A stretch of 64,000 nt of DNA from Limnochordia bacterium (GCA_050951545.1 JBMNJG010000007.1:160001-224000); one strand, 5' to 3'; numbered from the stretch's first letter, positions 39,882-49,162 are shown. Notes: generated by a model not told the origin, from the letters alone. Numbers and translations are program-made.

Positions 39882-40901
39882 GTGGCTCTGGTGAGCTTGA
39901 AGTCGATGCTAGATGAAGCTGTGGACAAAGGGTATGCAGTAGGCTCGTTTAACGTGGTGAGTCTCGACTCTTTGCAGGGCATCTTGGAGGCAGCTACGCA
40001 GCTGCAATCGCCGGTGATCCTGAGTGTAGCTGAGGTTCATTTCAAGTATATTGATCTCGAATCCATTGTTCCCGTGATCAAGCAAGCAGCGGCGAAGGCC
40101 CCTGTACCAGTGGCTCTGCATCTTGATCACGGACTCAGTTTGGAGGCGGCCATGCGCTGCTTCCGTCTCGGTTTCACGTCACTGATGTTTGACGGATCTA
40201 GCCTGCCCTATGAAGAGAACGTGGCTCGTACTGCCGAGATCGTACGGGTTGCCCACAGCGTGGGGGTCACCGTAGAAGCCGAGCTAGGCCAGGTGGGAGG
40301 CGGCGAGGGTGGCTCTGAAGCGTCAGAGGCCGATCAATCGCATTTCACTGATCCAGAACAGGCTGTTGATTTCGTGCGCAGAACAGGTGTCGATGCCCTT
40401 GCTGTAGCCGTAGGTTCAGTCCACGGCCTGTATAAGGGTAAGCCCCAACTCGATTTCGATCGTCTATCAGCTATCGCTCGGGGAACAGGGGTACCGTTGG
40501 TACTGCACGGCGGTTCGGGTATACCCAGCGAAGACATCCGGCGGGCCATCAGCTTGGGCATCGGTAAGATCAACGTCTATACGGAGATGTCTATGCAGGC
40601 TACGGAGAGGATCCGGCAAAAAGTGGCAGACCCCAAAATGATCAGCTTCCCTGATCTGTTGCTTCTCGCCCGCCAAGGCATCAAGGAAACCGTGATGGAG
40701 AAGATGCGGGTTTTTGGCAGCAGTCATGCCTGCGTCACGCCAGGCGTGTTCTGTGACAGCTGTGGAGCTTGTGTACTTCCCTCTTCGGAAGAATGCCAAG
40801 CGCCCGTGTCTGATGAAAAGCGTACGGCACCTTTGTCTGACGAAGACATCGCGCGGACGGTGGCGTTGGTTGTCAAGGAGATTCTTTCTCTGCGCGACTA
40901 G
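39882..40901 (+). CDS. Class II ketose-phosphate (FBA/GatY-type) aldolase with Cys-rich linker and encapsulation peptide
   Basis: HLDH, MFDGS, EAELG, GSVHG, LVLHGGSG, KINV; extra tail FCDSCGAC ... LSDEDIARTVALVVKEIL. Confidence 0.92.
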   Translation: MALVSLKSMLDEAVDKGYAVGSFNVVSLDSLQGILEAATQLQSPVILSVAEVHFKYIDLESIVPVIKQAAAKAPVPVALHLDHGLSLEAAMRCFRLGFTSLMFDGSSLPYEENVARTAEIVRVAHSVGVTVEAELGQVGGGEGGSEASEADQSHFTDPEQAVDFVRRTGVDALAVAVGSVHGLYKGKPQLDFDRLSAIARGTGVPLVLHGGSGIPSEDIRRAISLGIGKINVYTEMSMQATERIRQKVADPKMISFPDLLLLARQGIKETVMEKMRVFGSSHACVTPGVFCDSCGACVLPSSEECQAPVSDEKRTAPLSDEDIARTVALVVKEILSLRD

Positions 40902-41028
40902 AAGATGGCGTATGTGTGATAGCCACGGTAATGCCTTCTGCTGAAGGCTTGCCGTAGGTGGATAGCGAATCACCAGTAACAAGAGCAGAGGTCACAAGCA
41001 AAGAGACAGCTGAAAGGAAGGATCACGC

Positions 41029-41304
41029 ATGGGTGAGGCTCTGGGGCTTATTGAAACGCGGGGGCTGGCTGCAGCTATTGAGGCGGCTGACTCTATGGTA
41101 AAGGCGGCGAACGTAAGACTGCTCTCCTACGAAAAAGTGGGCGGAGGTCTGGTTTGCGTGCTTGTGCGCGGCGACGTCGGTGCGGTCAAAGCGGCGGTGG
41201 AGGCTGGTGCAAGTGCTGCTCAGCGCGTAGGCGAGCTCACGTCAGCGCACATCATCCCGCGGCCACATCATGACACGGAGAAAATGCTCGAGCGGGTGAA
41301 GTAA
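41029..41304 (+). CDS. BMC-H hexameric shell protein (EutM/PduA-like)
   Basis: [41 protein letters not shown]. Confidence 0.97.
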   Translation: MGEALGLIETRGLAAAIEAADSMVKAANVRLLSYEKVGGGLVCVLVRGDVGAVKAAVEAGASAAQRVGELTSAHIIPRPHHDTEKMLERVK

Positions 41305-41365
41305 GCAAGGCACAGTGTTGACGGCTTGTTCATCTTCTTAGAGGTAGTGTGGGGAGGTTTTTTTG

Positions 41366-41659
41366 ATGGGTGAAGCGTTGGGGCTTATAGAGACAAAAGG
41401 GCTTGTGGCGGTTATTGAGGCGGCCGATGCGATGGTGAAGGCGGCTAACGTAACCCTTGTCGGCTGGCACCAGATCGGTGGCGGATTGGTCAGCGTAGCG
41501 GTGCGTGGCGATGTCGGTGCTGTGCGCGCAGCCGTTGAAGCTGGTAGTGCAGCTGCTAGTCGGGTGGGCGAAGTGCTCAGCACGCATATCATCCCCCGGC
41601 CCGATGCTGCTACGGATGCCTTGTTCTGGCCTGAGACGAAAAAAGCAGCCAAGAGCTGA
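41366..41659 (+). CDS. BMC-H hexameric shell protein (EutM/PduA-like)
   Basis: [33 protein letters not shown]; short basic C-terminal tail. Confidence 0.97.
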   Translation: MGEALGLIETKGLVAVIEAADAMVKAANVTLVGWHQIGGGLVSVAVRGDVGAVRAAVEAGSAAASRVGEVLSTHIIPRPDAATDALFWPETKKAAKS

Positions 41660-41673
41660 TCGTTTACGGGTGA

Positions 41674-42336
41674 ATGAAAATGGACGAGCAGCTTGTGCAA
41701 GAGATTAGGGCCAGGGTTTTTCAGAAGCTGGCCGAAACGGGCCTGGCGGCCCATCTCGATGAGATTCCTGTCGGTATCTCCGTGCGCCACGTGCATGTAT
41801 CGCAGGCGGACCTTGAGCACCTGTATGGGCGAGGTCATCAGTTGACGAAACTGCGGGACCTGCGTCAGCCCGGGGAGTATGCAGCCCAGGAGGTCGTGGC
41901 TCTGGTCGGGCCTAAGATGCGCACTCTCGAGAATGTGCGTATTCTCGGTCCCTGCCGTGATCAGACACAGGTGGAGCTGGCTCGGACAGATGCCATTATC
42001 TTGGGGCTCAATCCACCTGTCCGGCGTTCCGGTGATCTGGCGGGATCCTCACCTATTTCTCTGGTGGGGCCCAAGGGTGTGTTGACTCTGCCCGAGGGAT
42101 GCATTATCGCCAATCGACACATGCATATGGGCCCTGAGGATGCCCGACGTTTTGGAGTCAAAGACAACGATATCGTCTCTGTGGAAGTGAGTGGCGACAA
42201 GGGACTCGTCTTCCACCACGTGCAGGTGCGGGTGCGCGAAGGCTGGGTACTCGAGATGCATCTCGATACTGATGATGCCAATGCTGCCTGCATCACCTGT
42301 GGTGCTCAGGCGCGTATCCGGCCCGAGGTGGCTTGA
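41674..42336 (+). CDS. pduL: Phosphotransacylase PduL with N-terminal encapsulation peptide
   Basis: ISVRHVH, QPGEYA, QVELARTD, RHMHM, EMHLDTDDANA; N-term DEQLVQEIRARVFQKL. Confidence 0.95.
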   Translation: MKMDEQLVQEIRARVFQKLAETGLAAHLDEIPVGISVRHVHVSQADLEHLYGRGHQLTKLRDLRQPGEYAAQEVVALVGPKMRTLENVRILGPCRDQTQVELARTDAIILGLNPPVRRSGDLAGSSPISLVGPKGVLTLPEGCIIANRHMHMGPEDARRFGVKDNDIVSVEVSGDKGLVFHHVQVRVREGWVLEMHLDTDDANAACITCGAQARIRPEVA

Positions 42337-43664
42337 TGGTGATGGACGCTTTAGTGACGGCGGTTCGCGATGCAGGAGTGGTGGGAGCTGGTGGGGCTGG
42401 TTTTCCCACTCACGTGAAGTTAGCGGCCCAGGTAGAGTGCATTATCGTCAACGGAGCAGAGTGCGAGCCACTGCTCCACGTAGACCAGGAGTTGGCGAAG
42501 GCGTACGCACCTGAGTTGGTGGAGGCCCTGCGGGCCTGCATGTCCTCAACAGGGGCTAGCGCGGGTATTTTCGCCCTTAAGGAAAAGTACCGAGAGGCAA
42601 GGGGTGCTCTGACCGCGGCGGTCGCCGGACAGGCGGGCCTGTCGGTGTTTGCCTTGGAGAACTCCTACCCGGCCGGTGATGAGCACGTTTTGGTGCATGA
42701 GGTGACCGGACGCGTGGTTCCCGAAGGGGGGATACCGCTCAATGTCGGCATCGTCGTGCTCAACGTAGAGACGCTGTACAACATATGGTCGGCACTTCAG
42801 GGGCAGCCAGTCACGGACACCTTCGTTACAGTGTGCGGAGAAGTGAAGCAGCCAGCTACCCTGCGGTTGGCAGTAGGTACATCCATCGCGGATGCTCTGG
42901 CGGCAGCGGGCGGAGTGACCTGTGAGAATCCGGCGATCATCCACGGCGGACCGGTGATGGGTAGCCTGGTAGAGTCTGCTGAGGCGCCAGTCACGAAGAC
43001 GACCAAGGGGCTCGTCGCGCTACCGATGGATCATCCTCACGTGCGCCGCATGCGCAGGCCCGTAAGCGTCTCCCTAGAAAGAGCAATCACCGCGTGCTGC
43101 CAATGTCGACAGTGTAGCGACCTGTGTCCGCGTGCCCTTCTGGGACACAACATCGCGCCTCATAAGATCATGCGAGCTGCTGGCTATGCGTTGACGAAGG
43201 ATCCTGCGGTGTGGACTGCCGCGTTTTTGTGCAGCGAATGCGGCGTGTGTGATACCTTTGCCTGTGGGGCTGATCTCTCACCGCGCCAAGTGTATCGCAG
43301 CGTGAAGGCGCAGTTGGCAGCAGCGGGCGTGAAGAACCCACATAAGGCTACACCCACCCCGCTGGAAGAGCTGGTCTACAGGCGTGTTCCTACCGAGCGC
43401 TTGATTTGGCGTATGGGTTTAGAGCCCTATGTGATGGGAGCGCCGTTGGTACGCGAGGTCCTGCTTCCAGCGGTAGTCAAAGTTCCGCTGAAACAGAATG
43501 CAGGAGCAGTCTCGGTACCTGTCGTGAAAGTCGGTGAACGTGTGAGTCGCGGTCAGCTGGTGGCCGAGCCTCCCCCAGATGCGTTGGGGGCCCGGCATCA
43601 CGCCAGTGTGACAGGAACCGTGACTGCTGTGGGTAACGAGGTGAGTATTGAGCGTGAAGCCTGA
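42333..43664 (+). CDS. pduS: PduS/RnfC-like flavin/Fe-S oxidoreductase
   Basis: GVVGAGGAGFPTHVK, NGAECEP, YPAGDE, GGPVMG, CCQCRQCSDLCP, CSECGVC; followed by a PduT-like gene. Confidence 0.9.
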   Translation: MMVMDALVTAVRDAGVVGAGGAGFPTHVKLAAQVECIIVNGAECEPLLHVDQELAKAYAPELVEALRACMSSTGASAGIFALKEKYREARGALTAAVAGQAGLSVFALENSYPAGDEHVLVHEVTGRVVPEGGIPLNVGIVVLNVETLYNIWSALQGQPVTDTFVTVCGEVKQPATLRLAVGTSIADALAAAGGVTCENPAIIHGGPVMGSLVESAEAPVTKTTKGLVALPMDHPHVRRMRRPVSVSLERAITACCQCRQCSDLCPRALLGHNIAPHKIMRAAGYALTKDPAVWTAAFLCSECGVCDTFACGADLSPRQVYRSVKAQLAAAGVKNPHKATPTPLEELVYRRVPTERLIWRMGLEPYVMGAPLVREVLLPAVVKVPLKQNAGAVSVPVVKVGERVSRGQLVAEPPPDALGARHHASVTGTVTAVGNEVSIEREA

Positions 43665-44241
43665 CACCCTAAGAAGCGCAGATAGAGGGCTTGCCGTGGC
43701 CGTGGTAGAGCTGCACACGACGGCTGTTGGCCTGGCGGCAGCTGATACTGTGTTAAAGACGGCTGATTGCCCGCTATTTAAGGCAAACACAGTCTGCCCG
43801 GGTAAGTTTCTGCTTCTATTTGGTGGTCAACTGGCCGCTGTGCAAGAGGCCTATGCACTTGTTCAGAAAACTTACCAGGGAGAGTTGCTTGACGCCTTTT
43901 TTCTAGGGCAGATCTCCGATCAGTTGCTCGATGGGCTGAGCGGAGAAGGTGAGCCAACTGCCACTGTCGGGCTGGCTGTGGGAGTGATTGAGACCTTTAG
44001 CGCAGCGAGTGCGATCGCGGCCGCTGATGCGGCGGTCAAGGCAGCTGAGGTGCAGCTCTTGGACGTCAGGCTGGCTCAGGGAATGACAGGCAAGGGTGTG
44101 GTCTACCTTTCCGGCACGGTGGCGGCCGTGGAGACCGCCCTACAGGCAGGCGCTGAGGCGGTGCGCGACAGCGGCAATTTGTGTGCCACTGGCTGCCTTC
44201 CTTCTCCTCATGAATCACTGTGGCGCTCCCTCTTGGGCTAA
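43648..44241 (+). CDS. pduT: BMC-T tandem shell protein (PduT-like)
   Basis: AADTVLKTA, TVCPGKF, GVIETFS, AADAAVKAAEV. Confidence 0.9.
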   Translation: MSVKPDTLRSADRGLAVAVVELHTTAVGLAAADTVLKTADCPLFKANTVCPGKFLLLFGGQLAAVQEAYALVQKTYQGELLDAFFLGQISDQLLDGLSGEGEPTATVGLAVGVIETFSAASAIAAADAAVKAAEVQLLDVRLAQGMTGKGVVYLSGTVAAVETALQAGAEAVRDSGNLCATGCLPSPHESLWRSLLG

Positions 44242-44274
44242 GGCGCTACGTTTAGTAAAGAGGTGCTACCTGTA

Positions 44275-45726
44275 ATGGATGAGCAGCGTTTGGCTGCAAT
44301 TGTGCAAGAGGTACTGCAACAACTCAGAGGCGAAAATGGGGATGTAAAGCCCTCACCTGCCCCCGCAACTCCCGCTACAGCGCCAGTTGGCAAGTCACTT
44401 CCCGAGGTGGGCGGAGGGGTTTTTGCCTCGGTGGATGAGGCTATTGCGGCGGCGAGCAAGGCGCACAAAGAGCTCGTGGCCCTGGGACTGGAAGAGCGAG
44501 AAAAGCTGGTAGAGGCCATGCGTCAGGCCGCTTTAGCGGCAGCAGAGAGGCTGGCTCGACAAGCTTATGAGGAGACTGGCTTAGGGCGCTATGAGCACAA
44601 GATCGGCAAGAACCGCGATGCCGCTCGTCTGACTCCTGGTACAGAGGACATAGCCAGTCAGATTATCACGGCCAATAAGGGCACGGTGCTCATCGAGCAC
44701 AGCCCTATGGGAGTGGCGGTGTCCATTACGCCGACCACGAACCCGAATGCGACGATCATCAACCATGGCATTGGCATGGTGGCAGCTGGGAATGCATGCT
44801 TTTTTGCTCCGCATCCTCGGAGCCAAGCAAGCTCTTTGGAGACGTTACGTGTGCTCAATACCGCTATAGCGAAGGCTGGCGGCCCTGAAAACTGTTTGGT
44901 AGCGGTGACAGAAGCAAAGCTTGATGCGGTCAACGCTGCTATGCAGCACCCCCAGGTGCGCTTGGTGGTGGCTACAGGTGGGGCGAGCTTGGTGAAAGCT
45001 GCGTTGTCATGCGGCAAGCGGGCAATCGCCGGCGGCCCGGGGAATCCTCCCGTATTGGTGGATGACACAGCTGATCTGGCCCGGGCAGCGGCAGGGATTT
45101 TGGCTGGTGCGGCCTTAGACAATAACTTGCTGTGCATCGCCGAGAAAGTGGTCATCGTGCAAGAGAGCGTGGCGACTCCTTTCATGCGCCAGCTACTGCA
45201 GCTACCAGTCGTGGAGCTGCGCGGCTCAGACACCGCTCGTCTGACAGAGCTGGTCGTCAAAGATGGACACATGAACCCAGCCTATATCGGTAGGGACGCT
45301 GCGGTGATCCTCAAGGATATCGGGGTTCGCGCTGATGCGGATGTACAAGCGATTGTGGTCGAGGTGGACGAGCGTCATCCGCTGGTGCAGCTCGAACAGC
45401 TGATGCCCATTTTGCCCGTGGTGCGGGTGGGCAGCTTTGCCCAAGGGTTGGCGTTGGCTGTCGAGGTGGAGCACGGCAATCGCCACACTGCCATCATCCA
45501 TTCTCAGAATCTGGACCGGATCACGAGCTACGGTCGGGCCATTCGGCCTACGCTGCTTGTCTGCAACGCGCCGAGCTATGCTGGACTGGGTGTGGATGGT
45601 GCTGGGCCGATTACGCTTACGGTTGCCGGACCTACGGGTGAGGGAATCGTGACTGCCAAGCACTTCACAAGGGAGAATCGGGTGATCCTGGGGCACGGTG
45701 CGCTTACAGTGATCGCTGGCGATTGA
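44275..45726 (+). CDS. CoA-acylating aldehyde dehydrogenase (EutE/PduP-like) with N-terminal encapsulation peptide
   Basis: MDEQRLAAIVQEVLQQL plus Pro/Ala linker; EETGLGR, PTTNP, GPGNPP, NNLLCIAEK, GPTGEG. Confidence 0.94.
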   Translation: MDEQRLAAIVQEVLQQLRGENGDVKPSPAPATPATAPVGKSLPEVGGGVFASVDEAIAAASKAHKELVALGLEEREKLVEAMRQAALAAAERLARQAYEETGLGRYEHKIGKNRDAARLTPGTEDIASQIITANKGTVLIEHSPMGVAVSITPTTNPNATIINHGIGMVAAGNACFFAPHPRSQASSLETLRVLNTAIAKAGGPENCLVAVTEAKLDAVNAAMQHPQVRLVVATGGASLVKAALSCGKRAIAGGPGNPPVLVDDTADLARAAAGILAGAALDNNLLCIAEKVVIVQESVATPFMRQLLQLPVVELRGSDTARLTELVVKDGHMNPAYIGRDAAVILKDIGVRADADVQAIVVEVDERHPLVQLEQLMPILPVVRVGSFAQGLALAVEVEHGNRHTAIIHSQNLDRITSYGRAIRPTLLVCNAPSYAGLGVDGAGPITLTVAGPTGEGIVTAKHFTRENRVILGHGALTVIAGD

Positions 45727-45745
45727 GCATGTTGGGGGCTGCGAA

Positions 45746-46543
45746 ATGCTGAACATGGTTGTCTGCCTGAAACAGGTTCCGGGAACGACGGAGGTCGAGA
45801 TCGACAGTGAGCGAGGGACCCTCAAGCGCGAGGGGGTCGATGCGCGCACTAACGCCTATGATCTTCACGCGCTTGAGTTGGCGGTCGCCCTGAAGAACAA
45901 GCACGGTGGATCGATCACGGTGCTGTCAATGGGGCCCCCGCAGGCCCAGGCTGTCATTAGGGAAGCGTACGCGTTGGGGGCCGATCGCGGTATCTTGCTT
46001 TCGGACCGTAAGTTTGCTGGAGCGGATACGTTAGCGACAGCTTTCACGCTCGCCCAGGCCATAAGGAAGTTGGCTACGCCGCACCTCGTGCTCACTGGGA
46101 TGCAGACCAGCGACGGCGACACTGCTCAAGTGGGACCAGCCTTGGCCGAAATATTGGGAATCCCACATGTATCCTATGTGCGCAAGTGTATAGAGGCTAG
46201 TCCCGGATGCTCAGTGATGGTAGAGGCCGAGATGTCCGAGTGCACGGAGACGTTACGGGTCAGTTTCCCTTGTCTGTTGACCTGCACCAAGGACGTCGGG
46301 CGTCTGCGGTTGCCCTCTTACCGCTTGCTAGTGGCCACGCGAGACAAGCCGATAGAGGTCTGGTCGTACGAAGATATCAAGCATGACGATGGCCAGGAGC
46401 ACTTTGGGCTCGATGGATCGCCCACGCGAGTGGAGAAAGTCTTCCCGCCCAGTTTCGAGCAACAGCGGCAGGTATGGGAAGCACCTGCCCAGGAGCTGGC
46501 TGAGCGGGTGTTGGAGAAGCTGGAGGAGCTGAAGGTGCTATGA
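45746..46543 (+). CDS. etfB: Electron transfer flavoprotein beta subunit
   Basis: VCLKQVP, SMGPPQA, GADTLAT, DGDTAQVGP. Confidence 0.95.
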   Translation: MLNMVVCLKQVPGTTEVEIDSERGTLKREGVDARTNAYDLHALELAVALKNKHGGSITVLSMGPPQAQAVIREAYALGADRGILLSDRKFAGADTLATAFTLAQAIRKLATPHLVLTGMQTSDGDTAQVGPALAEILGIPHVSYVRKCIEASPGCSVMVEAEMSECTETLRVSFPCLLTCTKDVGRLRLPSYRLLVATRDKPIEVWSYEDIKHDDGQEHFGLDGSPTRVEKVFPPSFEQQRQVWEAPAQELAERVLEKLEELKVL

Positions 46544-47751
46544 GCGGGGTGCTTGTCGACAGGGATGCGTGTACGCTCTGTGGGGCCTGTATGGACGCGT
46601 GCCCTTTCGGTGCGATTGAGCTTAAGGAGTCACAGCTTGTCATCACTGATGAGTGTCGATTGTGCGGAGCTTGTGTAGAGGCGTGCCCGCAGGGTGCTCT
46701 CTCTATACAGGAGGAGAGCACAATGGACCAGGTAGATCTGAGCACTTACTCTGGCGTTCTAGTTTTTGTGGAACAGACAGATGGTCAGATCCATCAGGTC
46801 AGTTATGAGATGATGGGCAAGGGGTTAGAGCTGGCACGATCGTTAGATCAGAAGCTCTATTGCTTGGTTGCTGGCCACCAGATTAGGCAGCAGGCCACGG
46901 ATCTGCTCAACTACGGAGTGGATGCCGTATACTGGTATGATCACCCTGCCTTGCGCCGTTATCGAGCAGAGCCGTACACGAGTGCGGTTTGTGATCTGGT
47001 GCAGGAGATTCGCCCGAACATCATTCTGATCGGTGCTACGCATGTCGGCCGATCGCTGGCGCCGCGGGTGGCCACTCGCCTTCGCACAGGCCTGACGGCG
47101 GACTGCACGAGTCTGGATGTGCGGGAAAACGGGGATCTGGTCCAGACCCGGCCGGCCTTTGGTGGTAACGTCATGGCGCGCATTCTCACACCTCACCATC
47201 GTCCGCAGATGGCCACGGTGCGCTACAAGGTGATGGAGAGAGCGACACGGGTAGATAGCCCCGATGGCGTCTTGATAGCTCGCTCTCTGCCGCAGGGGGA
47301 TCTGAACTCGGGCATTGAGATTGTGGATATTGTGCAGAGCGCCGCTGCAGCCTCGATTACGGAAGCAGATATTGTGGTAACTGCTGGCAGGGGAGCTGGC
47401 AATGAACGCGGGTTGGCTTTGGTGAGCGAGTTGGCCCAGAGCCTGGGCGGAGTGGTAGGTGGAAGCCGGCCTCTCGTGGAGCAAGGCCTCCTCTCTCACA
47501 TGCAGCAGGTGGGGCTATCGGGGAGGACGGTGCGCCCCAAGCTTTACGTAGCCTGTGGAGTTTCCGGTGCTGTGCAGCATGTGGCTGGCATGCAGGGTTC
47601 TGATTGCATCATTGCGATCAACAAGGACAAAAACGCGCCCATCTTCGAAGTAGCTCACGTGGCTGTTGTTGGTGACATATACGAGGTGTTGCCGCGTCTG
47701 ATAGAGCTCATAGGAGGTAGGGGTGGCCATGGCAACTGCACAGCTTCGTAA
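46540..47751 (+). CDS. etfA: Electron transfer flavoprotein alpha subunit with N-terminal 2x[4Fe-4S] domain
   Basis: CTLCGACMDACP and CRLCGACVEACP; GLTADC, RPAFGG, QVGLSG, GVSGAVQH. Confidence 0.95.
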   Translation: MSGVLVDRDACTLCGACMDACPFGAIELKESQLVITDECRLCGACVEACPQGALSIQEESTMDQVDLSTYSGVLVFVEQTDGQIHQVSYEMMGKGLELARSLDQKLYCLVAGHQIRQQATDLLNYGVDAVYWYDHPALRRYRAEPYTSAVCDLVQEIRPNIILIGATHVGRSLAPRVATRLRTGLTADCTSLDVRENGDLVQTRPAFGGNVMARILTPHHRPQMATVRYKVMERATRVDSPDGVLIARSLPQGDLNSGIEIVDIVQSAAAASITEADIVVTAGRGAGNERGLALVSELAQSLGGVVGGSRPLVEQGLLSHMQQVGLSGRTVRPKLYVACGVSGAVQHVAGMQGSDCIIAINKDKNAPIFEVAHVAVVGDIYEVLPRLIELIGGRGGHGNCTAS

Positions 47752-49130
47752 GATTAGCGAGGCCGACATCCAGGCATTGCGAGCGATCGTGGGACGGGAC
47801 TACGTGCGGGTAGGCACCGAGATTCCCGATGACTATGCCCGCGATGAGCTGGCTCACGAACGGGTTCTTCCGGACGTGTTGGTAGAACCCGGGTGTACTC
47901 GTGAGGTCTCCGAAGTCATGCGCTATGCCTATCAGCGTGACCTGCCTGTTACGCCGCGGGGCACGGGCACCGGGCTCTGTGGTGGTGGGGTGGCGACCTA
48001 TGGTGGTATCATGCTATCCACATTGCGCCTCAACCGCATACTGGAGATCGATCAAGAGTGCCTCATGGCTACTGTTGAGCCAGGTGTGATCCTGCTTGAC
48101 TTCCAGAAGGAAGTGGAGAAGATCGGCCTTTTCTATCCCCCCGATCCGGGTGAGAAAAGTGCTACCTTGGGCGGCAATGTCAGCACCAACGCGGGTGGCA
48201 TGCGGGCCGTGAAATACGGGGTCACACGAGACTACGTGCGGGGCATGGAGGTTGTGCTGCCCAACGGTGACGTGACTGAGTTCGGGGGTAAGCTCTCAAA
48301 GAACTCCTCGGGTTACGGTTTGCTGCATCTTCTGGTGGGCTCTGAGGGTACCCTCGGCATCATTACCAAGATCGTCTTGCGGCTTATCCCTCTACCAAAG
48401 AAGCGGGTTTCGCTGTCTAGTCCCCTTTGCGTCTTTGGAAGAGGCGATTCGCACTGTGCCGAAAGTCATCATGACGCGAACGGGTCCCACGGCAGTGGAA
48501 TTCATGCAGAGCGATGTGATTCATGCCTACGAGGCGAACATGGGCAAATCATTCCCCCATTCGGACGCGCCAGCCTACCTTCTTCTGCTCTTTGATGGTA
48601 ACTCCGCGTCGGAATTGGAGGCTGCCTATCAAGCTGCTGCTGAGGCTTGTCTGGCTGAAGGCGCCCTGGACGCTCTTATTGCCGATACGAGTGACCGCCA
48701 CGCTGCCGTCTGGGACGCCAGGGGAACCTTCCTGGAAGCTCTGAAGGCAGTCAGCGAGCTGGAACTCGCTGACGCTGTCGTGCCACCTCACCTTATTCCC
48801 GATTTCGTCACTTTCTGTGACTCCCTGGGTAGGAAGTACGGCGTAAAGGTGCTAACCTTTGGGCACGCAGGTGATGGCAACTGCCACATTCACATTCTTA
48901 GGGAGAAAATCGATGATGACGCCTGGCAGGCGGTGTATCCGCAGGTCATGAATGAAATCTACCGCAAAGGCCATGAGCTTGGCGGACAGGTTTCTGGTGA
49001 GCACGGTATAGGAGCAGCCAAGCGCCCGTACCTGCATCGCTGGGTTGGCGACATCAACCTTCAGCTGATGCGGGAGATCAAAGACTGCTTTGATCCTAAG
49101 GGAATCCTCAACCCTGGGAAGGTGATCTAG
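47729..49130 (+). CDS. FAD-dependent D-2-hydroxyacid (lactate/glycolate) dehydrogenase, LctD/GlcD-like; split by a one-base insertion near 48416
   Basis: PRGTGTGL, YPPDPG, NAGGMRAVKYG, GSEGTLG in frame 1; GHAGDGNCH, SGEHGIG, DPKGILNPGK in frame 2; deleting T48416 gives KRVSLLVPFASLEE. Confidence 0.9.
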
Positions 49131-49162
49131 AACCCAGCGCCTAGAGCTGGCCACCATTGATG

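Noticed and set aside
41029-41659. Repeated ATGGGTGA(G/A)GC...GGGCTTAT sequence
   Set aside because: Explained by two paralogous BMC-H genes, not a repeat element
17536-43664. Functional link between the B12 uptake operon and PduS in the BMC
   Set aside because: They are separated by unrelated genes, and the BMC locus encodes no B12-dependent enzyme or adenosyltransferase
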